This document shows positions 8,854 through 17,186 of a stretch of 32,490 nucleotides of DNA, piece after piece (positions within the stretch are counted from its first letter, which is position 1; every line of letters starts with the position of its first letter). The stretch lies in sequence record DRR723986_6699. One strand, written 5' to 3'. A program made the position numbers and the translations under genes. The notes beneath the pieces are model-generated. The model worked only from the letters and a program-made list of their open reading frames with translations, did not search any database and was not told where the DNA came from.

Positions 8854-8935
8854 GCTGAGAGAACCGAGCCGCCTGCACACTACTGGCAGAGCGGGGTAGG
8901 CGGTGAGGTTACCTTCCTACGACTTGATAATCACG

Positions 8936-8973
8936 AAAAGGCTCGTTGGGCATTCGCTCAGCGAGCCTTTTTT
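8936..8973 (+). terminator. Rho-independent terminator, probably bidirectional
   Basis: AAAAGGCTCGTTGGGC-attc-GCTCAGCGAGCC-TTTTTT; 12-bp GC-rich stem (2 G-U) flanked by A and T tracts, between convergent genes. Confidence 0.85.
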
Positions 8974-9019
8974 CGTTGCTTGCATTGTAAGAAAGCGGAT
9001 CGCGGCACAGGCCCGCTCG

Positions 9020-9178
9020 TCACTCCTGTGGATGATCCCGCGTTGAGAAGAGCTGCATTGCTGCGACCAACACAATGCCGAGGACAACGCCCAGAGCTAC
9101 TCCTACGGCACCTCCGGAGCCATCGAGAATGATGGCGGTGAAGACCACCATCCGCAGAGTGATTTGTCCCAAACGCAT
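9020..9178 (-). CDS. Possible small membrane protein (52 aa)
   Basis: MRLGQITLRMVVFTAIILDGSGGAVGVALGVVLGIVLVAAMQLF..; hydrophobic with GxxxG repeats. Fills the gap between the DUF3365 gene and the terminator on the same strand; weak RBS. Confidence 0.35.
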   Translation of the reverse strand: MRLGQITLRMVVFTAIILDGSGGAVGVALGVVLGIVLVAAMQLFSTRDHPQE

Positions 9179-9272
9179 TTTGCTAGCCTTGGCGGGCGGA
9201 TTTCGAAGAGCCACATCCGTTCATGGCCGAAATCCACGCCGCACTTGGCGAACAAACAGACTGATCCGATGT

Positions 9273-9854
9273 TTAGTTTTTCGTTTCTGTCGCCTTCGGT
9301 GCGCCGGCCGTCTTCAGTGGGCCATCGATCGGCACCACGTATGTTAACGCGCCAATGGCGGTACCTGCTGGCAAATCGGCGTAGTTGTCGTGGCACATGA
9401 CACACTTGTCCATGACGACAGGTATCGCGGTGGCAACTCGCAGGTGACGAACGCCCTTGATCTCTTCGATGGACTCCACCCACGGCTTTCCTTGAACCAA
9501 CTTGCCGACAGCGTCCTTCTCAAACTTGTCTTCCGCAACGTTTTCATCGCTGTACGGTTCGCCGGTACAGTCCACCAACCGAGTTCGCGCCCAGCCCTTG
9601 GCTTCAGCGGCTACGAAGAGTTGCTTGAATGCCGTTCCGGCTGGAATCGTGTCTTCGTCATTAACATAGTGAGTCGTAATGGCGACAACCGCGCCTTTGT
9701 AGATATCGTCCAGCATTCGCACCGTTTTCCGTGCCTGTTCGACCTGGATGTCGGGCTTCGCCTTCTTCTCTTGCGCAGTCGAAACACTTTGGATCGCAAA
9801 CGCCAATCCACCGGCTGCAACCAACGCTAAACACGAACGAATAAGTACTTTCAT
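9273..9854 (-). CDS. DUF3365 (Tll0287-like) secreted monoheme c-type cytochrome
   Basis: Signal peptide MKVLIRSCLALVAAGGLAFAIQS..; EDKFEKDA; single CxxCH (DKCVMCH) followed by G.AIGALTY.VP. Start moved from 9908 to ATG 9854. Confidence 0.85.
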   Translation of the reverse strand: MKVLIRSCLALVAAGGLAFAIQSVSTAQEKKAKPDIQVEQARKTVRMLDDIYKGAVVAITTHYVNDEDTIPAGTAFKQLFVAAEAKGWARTRLVDCTGEPYSDENVAEDKFEKDAVGKLVQGKPWVESIEEIKGVRHLRVATAIPVVMDKCVMCHDNYADLPAGTAIGALTYVVPIDGPLKTAGAPKATETKN

Positions 9855-10429
9855 AACCCGCCTGACTGACTCTAAAAGCTCACGAACAACAAAACTGGAC
9901 AACTTCATCCAATTTAGAAGCTGAGTAGAGCTAGGTCAAGTGAAGCCCCCAGTTGCGGCGACGGGCGATGCCAAGTCGCAGAGAGAATTCTCGGCAGCTA
10001 GCATTTGGCCATCGAGCGTCTGGGCCAGCCTGCTTCAGAATTGACAGGCCCTGATCCGCTACCGCGATGACTAGCCGCACTGGGCGCTCATCACAGTTCT
10101 GGAGCCGCATAAACGGGCTTTGGACGTCCTTCAGAACTTACCGCTTACAGCTACGCCACGATCATCCGCGTCGTCGTGGTCTGCTTGGCCGGGGCCTAGG
10201 CCCTCCTGCCGGATCATCCCTCACAGAACATTCCCGGCGTAAAACGAGAAAAATCCGCAAGTTCTGCCCACCTTAACAACGATAAACGAAGTACGACGTC
10301 AACGACGTGGCTCCATGCTGTGGGTCGGTATGCGAAAGCTGCCTGAATACAGCATTCAAGATGGATCGCCGGGTGGGCAATTGAGGCACGCTCGTTGTAG
10401 TAACCAAATCGATCGCGAGGGATCGTTCG

Positions 10430-11002
10430 ATGGCAAGACCAATAAATTACTTTCTCGGGCTCTTTGTCTCCGCTGGGTTGATTGCATCAACCGGATGTGT
10501 GGGCATAACAAACGGATTGAACCTGGGCCCCTTGGGGATTCCAGTTCCTGTCAGTCCTTACTTCCAAGATCAGGAAGAGCTTGAGTTTCACAACCACGAG
10601 CGATACGAGCGTGTGCCGATTATCGGCCCAATCACCGCTGGTGGCGATCCTGTTGCACTTGATCCGCCAAGTGACGACGAAGTCATGCAGGCTCTCGAGC
10701 GTGCTCGGCCGGTCCGCGGCGGCATCCCGCTCCTGTACGAGAAGCAACGAAACAATGTCCAGATCATCAAAGAGAAGATTGCCGACTACGTCGATCCACC
10801 TCGGTTCATACCGTTGATCGGCATGGCAAAGCTGCACCACGCTCACTACAAGTGCACGGTGTACTTCTCCGAGCGAACGATCAACGGTTGGCCCGTGCCT
10901 TACACCTTGGAAGACAAGGAAGCTGCTGAGGTCGTCTACATAGACCACAACCACTTCCACATGTGTGGCAACCCAGAAATCGGTGCGAGTGCGATCTACT
11001 AG
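10430..11002 (+). CDS. Hypothetical lipoprotein
   Basis: RBS GAGGG; lipobox-like LIASTG|C at residue 23; 190-aa ORF followed by a strong hairpin. Confidence 0.8.
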   Translation: MARPINYFLGLFVSAGLIASTGCVGITNGLNLGPLGIPVPVSPYFQDQEELEFHNHERYERVPIIGPITAGGDPVALDPPSDDEVMQALERARPVRGGIPLLYEKQRNNVQIIKEKIADYVDPPRFIPLIGMAKLHHAHYKCTVYFSERTINGWPVPYTLEDKEAAEVVYIDHNHFHMCGNPEIGASAIY

Positions 11003-11048
11003 CGGCTAACGCTCACTCCACGCCCAGCTCACCCAGCTTGAATTGAAC

Positions 11049-11094
11049 TTCAGGGGCTCAGTGACACCTGTTCACTGAGCCCCTGAATTCGTTT
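11049..11094 (+). terminator. Intrinsic terminator hairpin
   Basis: Perfect 16-bp inverted repeat TTCAGGGGCTCAGTGA / TCACTGAGCCCCTGAA with 7-nt loop, followed by TTCGTTT. Confidence 0.8.
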
Positions 11095-11167
11095 AAGCTT
11101 CTTCATTGTGCTAAGGAACACGCCGCACTTCTGATCCTTCTCCTTGTTAAACGAAGCTCTTTGCCCA

Positions 11168-11947
11168 ATGGCACATGCATTCATAACAGGCAGTTCATCG
11201 GGAATAGGTCGAGCCACTGCGTTGGCACTCGCGCTCGATGGCTGGGATCTTTATCTTCACGCGAACCGTAATTTGAACGGGCTAGACGAAACGGTCCGTC
11301 TCATCAAGCAATATGCAGATTGCTCGATCCGGTGCTTCTCAGGCGACGTTAGCTGCCAGGCAACTTGTCGTGATCTAGTACAAGCCGCATTTGCTGGTTC
11401 GGATCATCCGCGTGCGTGGATCAACCTCGCCGGCGCTGACGTACTCACCGGCAAAGCTGCCGGTTGGCCTTTCGAGAAGAAGCTCGAGCGTCTCATGAAG
11501 GTGGACGTGATGGGCACCATTCAGCTCAGTCGCTTGGTCGTTCAGCGTTGGACCGCAGATGCTCAATCTGTCACACGAAAAGGCACAGACTTGCCAAGCA
11601 TTGTGAACATCGGATGGGATCAAGCCACTCTGGGAATGGAAGGTGAGCCTGGGCAAATGTTCGGGACCACCAAAGCGGCCGTGCAAGCGTTCACACAATC
11701 ACTTGCACTTACAGTCGGCCCGCATGTTCGCGTCAACTGCGTCGCACCAGGTTGGATTCAAACCAAGTGGGGCGAAAACAACGCGAGTGACTCGTGGGTT
11801 CAGCGCGCTACCAGTGAATCTTTGCTAAATCGGTGGGGCAGAGCAGGGGACGTCGCTTCTACGATTCGGTGGCTGGTGTCCGTGGAATCGGAGTTCGTTA
11901 ACGGCCAGACAATCAATGTCAACGGCGGCCGTCGCTACTTCACATAG
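11168..11947 (+). CDS. Short-chain dehydrogenase/reductase (SDR) with atypical active site
   Basis: ITGSSSGIG nucleotide-binding motif, INLAG, VRVNCVAPGWIQT, FVNGQTINVNGG; YxxxK reads FGTTK. Start placed at ATG 11168. Confidence 0.9.
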   Translation: MAHAFITGSSSGIGRATALALALDGWDLYLHANRNLNGLDETVRLIKQYADCSIRCFSGDVSCQATCRDLVQAAFAGSDHPRAWINLAGADVLTGKAAGWPFEKKLERLMKVDVMGTIQLSRLVVQRWTADAQSVTRKGTDLPSIVNIGWDQATLGMEGEPGQMFGTTKAAVQAFTQSLALTVGPHVRVNCVAPGWIQTKWGENNASDSWVQRATSESLLNRWGRAGDVASTIRWLVSVESEFVNGQTINVNGGRRYFT

Positions 11948-11980
11948 CTGCATCATGACAGCAAGTTGCGTCAAATCCTG

Positions 11981-13558
11981 TTACCACGCCGTACTATCGC
12001 TGTCAGAGACCTGGGAAAACGTCCACTGCATCGCAGCCGGTTCACCGTTGAACTCACCTTCGATTCGTCCCACCAATTTTCCGCCACTGCGATCGTAGAT
12101 GATTCGATTGGGGAAATCATGCTCTGAGTTCTCAAAAACGACTCGCTGATTGGGTTCGTCAAGTAACACCAATGGAAACGCGGTGGGTTCACGGCCCGAG
12201 GGACTCGCCAGAAATTCAATTCCAGTATCGGTAACAACGAGCCGCATATACTCAAAGCTGGTTTTCCCGCTGGGGCCGACGGTGCGATTGATTCCCAGCA
12301 TGACGCTCCCGCGTGGCCGCATCCAAGTCTCGTCGACCACCTGCTGTCCACCTGCGTCGACATCGGTCACCGACTGCCAATCGCCTGACAACCACGCGAG
12401 CTGATCTAACCGAACAGAACGATCAAGACTACGCCACGAACTAGCAAAGACTCGCAAGGCGTTTTCGCGATATATCTTATCAACCACACTACTCGGCAAT
12501 TCGATCCCTTGCACCGGATCAGCAAGCTCAGGTACTTCGATCGAATCGCTCGTGTTGAAGTATTGCCAGTCACGGAGCCATCTCTCGCGGACGCTTTCAT
12601 ACCGCTTTACGCCCTCGCCTGGTCCCACGCCAACGTCGGTACCGTAGAGAATTCGGTCTTGGTATTTGATGAAGAACGCGCGTACTTTCTGAAGATCTTG
12701 ATTCGATTGATACTGAATCTGACCTGTACGGGCTGCGATGCCGATCACCGCGCTAGGAAACTTGTCCAGGAACTCCGCCATCCGCTCGGTGCTCCATTCC
12801 AGACTGGCGAGATGACATCCTACGAAACTCAAATTGGGGTGCTTCGCGAGCATTCGATCTCGCGCAGCAATCTGCTGTTCGTAACTTGGCATACCGGGCT
12901 TGCGGTACATGTGGTACTGCGGATTCTCTTCGAAGTAGCTACGATCGTTCAGCGTAGTCATCTCATCCAAGGGTAACCAGCAGTTCTTTGGTTCCCCGAG
13001 ATGCCCCAAAAGCACCTTGCCACTTTGTTCTATGTAGTCGAACACCGGATCAAGCTTGGGATCATCAACCATAACCAATTCTCCCGATGCATCCCGCAAC
13101 TCCATTCCAATGTTTTTCCAAACCTTTACACCGACAGCACCGCGATCAAATTGCGTGGCGAGGTAGTCAATCGTTTGCTCCGCCCAATCGTCGTCGTTCC
13201 AATTCTCCAGTGGAAAAGAGCATACAGGTGCGGCGCGGTCTGGTTCTTTCTCATATTGGACCCACATCGTTCGATGATACTCGCGGTTCGTTTCTGGCCC
13301 GTCTGACCAGACCGCCATGTTGATAAACCTGAACGCGTCCCGTTTCGCCAACGCAACGAAGTCCAAATCATCGGTATGAATGTGGCCATGTGCATCGATT
13401 TTCTCGACCGATGCGAAATCCTCCATCGTGTATGAGTGCTCCTGCTTTTCGGGGGCATGATTTTCGTGCGAAAGTCTGTCTTGGGCATGCACCAGTGAAA
13501 CCCGACCTGTCAAAGGTGTGAGTAGTGTGCACAAAGAAAGCAAGAATTGGCAACGCAT
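11981..13558 (-). CDS. Secreted amidohydrolase (Amidohydro_2-like) fused to C-terminal DUF6265-like domain
   Basis: Signal peptide from ATG 13558 (..SLVHA|QD); IDAHGH, GVKVWK, GCHLAS and ILYGTD metal-site motifs; C-terminal LAWLSGDW..ETW..GSVMLG..FENSEHDFPNRIIY. Confidence 0.85.
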   Translation of the reverse strand: MRCQFLLSLCTLLTPLTGRVSLVHAQDRLSHENHAPEKQEHSYTMEDFASVEKIDAHGHIHTDDLDFVALAKRDAFRFINMAVWSDGPETNREYHRTMWVQYEKEPDRAAPVCSFPLENWNDDDWAEQTIDYLATQFDRGAVGVKVWKNIGMELRDASGELVMVDDPKLDPVFDYIEQSGKVLLGHLGEPKNCWLPLDEMTTLNDRSYFEENPQYHMYRKPGMPSYEQQIAARDRMLAKHPNLSFVGCHLASLEWSTERMAEFLDKFPSAVIGIAARTGQIQYQSNQDLQKVRAFFIKYQDRILYGTDVGVGPGEGVKRYESVRERWLRDWQYFNTSDSIEVPELADPVQGIELPSSVVDKIYRENALRVFASSWRSLDRSVRLDQLAWLSGDWQSVTDVDAGGQQVVDETWMRPRGSVMLGINRTVGPSGKTSFEYMRLVVTDTGIEFLASPSGREPTAFPLVLLDEPNQRVVFENSEHDFPNRIIYDRSGGKLVGRIEGEFNGEPAAMQWTFSQVSDSDSTAW

Positions 13559-13684
13559 CGGTCTAGTGTTTCCAACGATCAAGAATTCGCTAAGAAGGCA
13601 ACGCGAGCAAGCTCGGCTACCAAGTGAGAACGCAGAAGCGGCGGCCCTATCATCGCAGATCGGCCGCCTGAAATCCATGATGTG

Positions 13685-14104
13685 CTACGACGTCTGCCGT
13701 CGCGCGACAAGCAGCATGATCAAGATCAGAAACCAACAGCCTGCAAAGGCAATTGGCATGATTTCCAGAAAGTGTTTGGCGTCAACGACCAGCAGCGTAC
13801 CGGCAAATATGCCAACCACCAAACCAACGATGGGGAGTAGCACAAAATCCAGGCCACGTGTGCGGTATACGAATGCGGCCACAAAGCCGCTGACCATTCC
13901 AAAGCCGCCTCCCATGGTCACTACTGCAGACAATACTCGCCAAGTCGCGTTCTCATTGCCCGACAGAGTTCGCGTGCATGCCACCGCAATTGCAGACAAG
14001 GTCACGATGTAGAACAACAACGCAACGCTCAGCGGACTACTCTCAACTGGTTCCGCTGGCGTATCGCTGATCTCAAAAGCAGAATTCGCTTCTTCGTGTT
14101 TCAT
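13685..14104 (-). CDS. Small membrane protein (4 TM)
   Basis: 139 aa with four hydrophobic segments; starts 18 nt after the DUF1559 stop. Confidence 0.75.
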   Translation of the reverse strand: MKHEEANSAFEISDTPAEPVESSPLSVALLFYIVTLSAIAVACTRTLSGNENATWRVLSAVVTMGGGFGMVSGFVAAFVYRTRGLDFVLLPIVGLVVGIFAGTLLVVDAKHFLEIMPIAFAGCWFLILIMLLVARRQTS

Positions 14105-14122
14105 CAGAAATGGCTTGCGCTG

Positions 14123-15613
14123 CTAGAAGGAGGAAAATCCGTACTCTAATTTTTGGTCCGCCCGGTTGGCAAACTTCTGGAGAACGGTTGCATCCAAATT
14201 CTGGCTAAAGAACTGAACGGAACCATCGCCGAGTAGCACGTTTGCGCCCCCGGTGTGCTGACTTGCAAATCCTCCACACTGCGTCCCCGGCTTCCGTCCT
14301 GCTTTCTTCGGGAGAAACTCGGGGAGGTCTGCAAGGGTTACCCACCGCTTCGGCGGCGTCTTCGAACGTTGGTAGACGGGCCCTGCATCCGCCCCCTCCG
14401 ACTCGCGAACGCGATCCTCCGGATTGGCTACACCGCCATAGCCGTAACTTCCGTAACCGTAGCCGCCATATCCGCCACTGCCGTACCCTTCTGCACCGTA
14501 ACTTTCATCGCCGTAACTCTCATCGCCGTAACTCTCATCGTCTTCTGCACCTTCCATCCCATAGCCTTCATCACCGTAGCTTTCGTCGGCGTCTTTGGCT
14601 GGAGAGTCAGTTGCTCGATCATCTTGCGCCGCTGCGGTGTCATCCGAGGATAAGCTATCTTGTGAATCCGCTTCGCCTTCACTGCTGGCAACTCCATCAG
14701 CGTCCTCAGCATCACCAGCCTGCTCAGCCTCATCTATTTGATCAGCATTTTCCGCCGGCTCATCGTCGTCACTGGCTCCTTCACCACCGGAACCCTCACC
14801 TTCATACATTTCGCCGCCATAACCGCCTTCGCCGCCATACCCATACATTGACGTTCCATCAAAACCATCGACGAAGCCGGGCGGCAAACCTCCCACGCTG
14901 GTGCTACCGAACAGGTTGATCGTGCTGCCACAATTCCGAAGCGTCGCTCGCGTTCCGCTGCTCCAGCCCAGGTCAGTCGGCACACCTAAAATCTCGCCAA
15001 CGAACATCGTGTGCGAGGTACCATCGAGAATCTGATCCAGCTTCACGTTGCTGTTCAAAAACAAGACCCCATTATTGTCGACATCAATGGGCACCTCTCG
15101 ACTATCGTAAACACCCGCGTAGTTAGAACGGATTCCATCAGCCGCAGCGTCCGACGGACAAGCCAGAACACTCATCGGATAAGCCCGGACCGGAAAGTTA
15201 GCCTTGCTATAGATCGACTGGCTGTGATCCAATTGATCGTAGGCCACTCGCTCGTCGAGCATTGGTAAAATCTGCACGATCCAACTGTGGTGGAAACCGT
15301 TTGGCAAGTTTACGATTGGCCCAGTTGCATTGACAGTCCCAGGCGGCAAGCACCGGTGTGCCATCTCGTAACTATGAAGTGCAACACCGATTTGCGTCAA
15401 CTGGTGTCCACACTGCATCCGGCGAGCTGCTTCCCGGGCCGCTTGGATGGCGGGAAGAAGAAGACCGACGAGAATCCCGATAATCGCGATCACAACCAAC
15501 AGCTCAACCAGCGTAAATGCGCGACACCGCCAATCAAATTGTTGGCTCGACGACGCTCCACGTGCGTTTCGGTTTTCGGATCGTGCAAACGGGCTACTCT
15601 TGAGTCTAAGCAT
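14123..15613 (-). CDS. DUF1559 prepilin-type N-terminal cleavage/methylation protein with H-X9-DG motif
   Basis: A|FTLVELLVVIAIIGILVGLLLPAIQAAREAARRMQC; SWIVQILPML; DGTSHTMFVGE; C-terminal HTGGANVLLGDGSV; RBS GAAGGA. Confidence 0.95.
   Translation of the reverse strand: MLRLKSSPFARSENRNARGASSSQQFDWRCRAFTLVELLVVIAIIGILVGLLLPAIQAAREAARRMQCGHQLTQIGVALHSYEMAHRCLPPGTVNATGPIVNLPNGFHHSWIVQILPMLDERVAYDQLDHSQSIYSKANFPVRAYPMSVLACPSDAAADGIRSNYAGVYDSREVPIDVDNNGVLFLNSNVKLDQILDGTSHTMFVGEILGVPTDLGWSSGTRATLRNCGSTINLFGSTSVGGLPPGFVDGFDGTSMYGYGGEGGYGGEMYEGEGSGGEGASDDDEPAENADQIDEAEQAGDAEDADGVASSEGEADSQDSLSSDDTAAAQDDRATDSPAKDADESYGDEGYGMEGAEDDESYGDESYGDESYGAEGYGSGGYGGYGYGSYGYGGVANPEDRVRESEGADAGPVYQRSKTPPKRWVTLADLPEFLPKKAGRKPGTQCGGFASQHTGGANVLLGDGSVQFFSQNLDATVLQKFANRADQKLEYGFSSF
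14496..14540 (-). repeat. Coding tandem repeat, 3 x 15 bp (DESYG)
   Basis: ccgtaactttcatcg, ccgtaactctcatcg, ccgtaactctcatcg; a degenerate fourth copy ccgtagctttcgtcg lies at 14574-14588. Confidence 0.9.
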
Positions 15614-15695
15614 GTTCTCGATTCCTTCGTTCTCATCGCGCCAAATGGCCGATCATTAACGATACCTATTGTAGGCTTGTACTTTTCAGTTTCGG

Positions 15696-16181
15696 TCAAT
15701 CATTTTGTTCTTGAGTTGACTCAGCATCCGATCCAGGCGACTCCCAGAGTTCAGACTGCCAAGTAACCGTCCACGCCTCGAGATTGCCATTCGTGTTGAG
15801 AATACCATTCGCGTCGACTTGCTTCGCACTGCGATCCTGGGAATCAGTCGATTCATTCCATGGATAACGCACCTCAATGCGACAGGCAGCACGCCCGCCA
15901 TCTCCCTCACGAGCCTTAACATCGACTCTGGCGAAGACACTACCATCGACCTCGATGTTGTAGGACTGCGTTTCAATCGAGCCACTATTCAACTCAGGCT
16001 GAACGCTCTTCCGGACAAACGCGAGCACTTCCCTTGCTTGCCGAAGCTCTGCCTGATGAGCGTGACTACGGCGCACAACCAACATTGTTCGAATCGTTTG
16101 AATCGTCATCAAGCCAGAGATCGCGAGCACGATCAGCACCATGACGAGAGCACTTGCCCGGCGATTTTTAACGATTGTCAT
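15696..16181 (-). CDS. Minor pilin/pseudopilin-like protein, PilX/GspK type (no Glu+5)
   Basis: KNRRA|SALVMVLIVLAISGLM class III-like leader; ATGA overlap with the upstream gene. Confidence 0.65.
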   Translation of the reverse strand: MTIVKNRRASALVMVLIVLAISGLMTIQTIRTMLVVRRSHAHQAELRQAREVLAFVRKSVQPELNSGSIETQSYNIEVDGSVFARVDVKAREGDGGRAACRIEVRYPWNESTDSQDRSAKQVDANGILNTNGNLEAWTVTWQSELWESPGSDAESTQEQND

Positions 16182-16678
16182 TCGGCTGACTCCGCCAAAA
16201 ACTTCCAGACAATTACTGTCGAAGCGGTAGTACTGCCGTTTAATGTAGTCTTAACGTGAAACCCAGCAGCCATCTCCTCAGCTTGCCATTCAACACTCGC
16301 AGCACTGCTAAGTTGCCAAGACTCTACTCCCAGTATCTCTAATTTTTCATCGCCACTTTCTTCAGTGCCGTTTGCTTGTCGGTAGCGCACTCGTTTCAGT
16401 TCTTGTCCCTGCTGCTGATACCGAATGGTGACATCCTCGGTCTTAATGATCAGCTCATCGCCCGCGGTGATTTCTACGACCGGTTGCGAGCAATCTTGAT
16501 ACATTCGATTGTAAATCAGGCTGAGCGTTTCAGATCGAGCGAGATAGTCCAATGCATTGCGGTGACTCTGATAGGACCGCTTCAATACTTGGCCGCTTGA
16601 AACAGCGATCGCAGCAATGATCATTGCCAAACCGATCATCTGTAAAATTGTGTGGCCTCGTCGGATTCTACGCGTCAT
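16178..16678 (-). CDS. Minor pilin/pseudopilin-like protein, PilW/GspJ position
   Basis: MTRRIRRG|HTILQMIGLAMIIAAI; RBS GGAGG before ATG 16678. Confidence 0.65.
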   Translation of the reverse strand: MTRRIRRGHTILQMIGLAMIIAAIAVSSGQVLKRSYQSHRNALDYLARSETLSLIYNRMYQDCSQPVVEITAGDELIIKTEDVTIRYQQQGQELKRVRYRQANGTEESGDEKLEILGVESWQLSSAASVEWQAEEMAAGFHVKTTLNGSTTASTVIVWKFLAESAE

Positions 16679-17168
16679 TGCCTGCCTCCGCAGCAAGACC
16701 TAGATCGGTGTTTTCTACATCAGCGTCTTGAGCCGCTTCGCCAGTCACATCTTCGTTGTCTTCGGGGGCCATGATCCAAAAAACCAAGCTGCCGGGTGTT
16801 GCTTCTTGGCCCTCAAATAGGCACTGAAACTTCAAAGACACACGCTTTGCTGACCTGGGAAACACGACTTCCCTAACTGCGGCTTTCCAAGCTGGATCTG
16901 CGATCGACGCGGCCAAGCCCTCAGGCAGCCCTAAACGCATCTGAATGTTCTCTTCGGTTATCTCGGCATATGGCCAGGTGGCAACTTCGGTGCGGGCATT
17001 TTCAATGCTCCACTCAATCTGATCGGAAAGCTCGAGCTGCCGCAGCCCTTGGTTCATTCCAGCAGCAAACCGACTGACGGCAATCGCGGCGGTTGCCAAA
17101 ATGGCAAGCGCAACCATAACCTCAGCAGTCGAAATGCCACGGGACCGAACTAGTATGCCTGCTTTCAA
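16668..17168 (-). CDS. Minor pilin/pseudopilin-like protein, PilV/GspI type
   Basis: RSRG|ISTAEVMVALAILA (Gly-1, Glu+5); TTG start with GAGG upstream. Confidence 0.75.
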   Translation of the reverse strand: MKAGILVRSRGISTAEVMVALAILATAAIAVSRFAAGMNQGLRQLELSDQIEWSIENARTEVATWPYAEITEENIQMRLGLPEGLAASIADPAWKAAVREVVFPRSAKRVSLKFQCLFEGQEATPGSLVFWIMAPEDNEDVTGEAAQDADVENTDLGLAAEAGNDA

Positions 17169-17186
17169 GACTGCCTCACCTAATTG

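Noticed and set aside
14496-14588. 15-bp direct repeats as a possible CRISPR array
   Set aside because: Repeats are contiguous, in frame and coding, with no spacers and no cas genes.
14242-14919. 225-aa His/Arg-rich plus-strand ORF
   Set aside because: Antisense shadow of the low-complexity acidic insertion in the DUF1559 gene.
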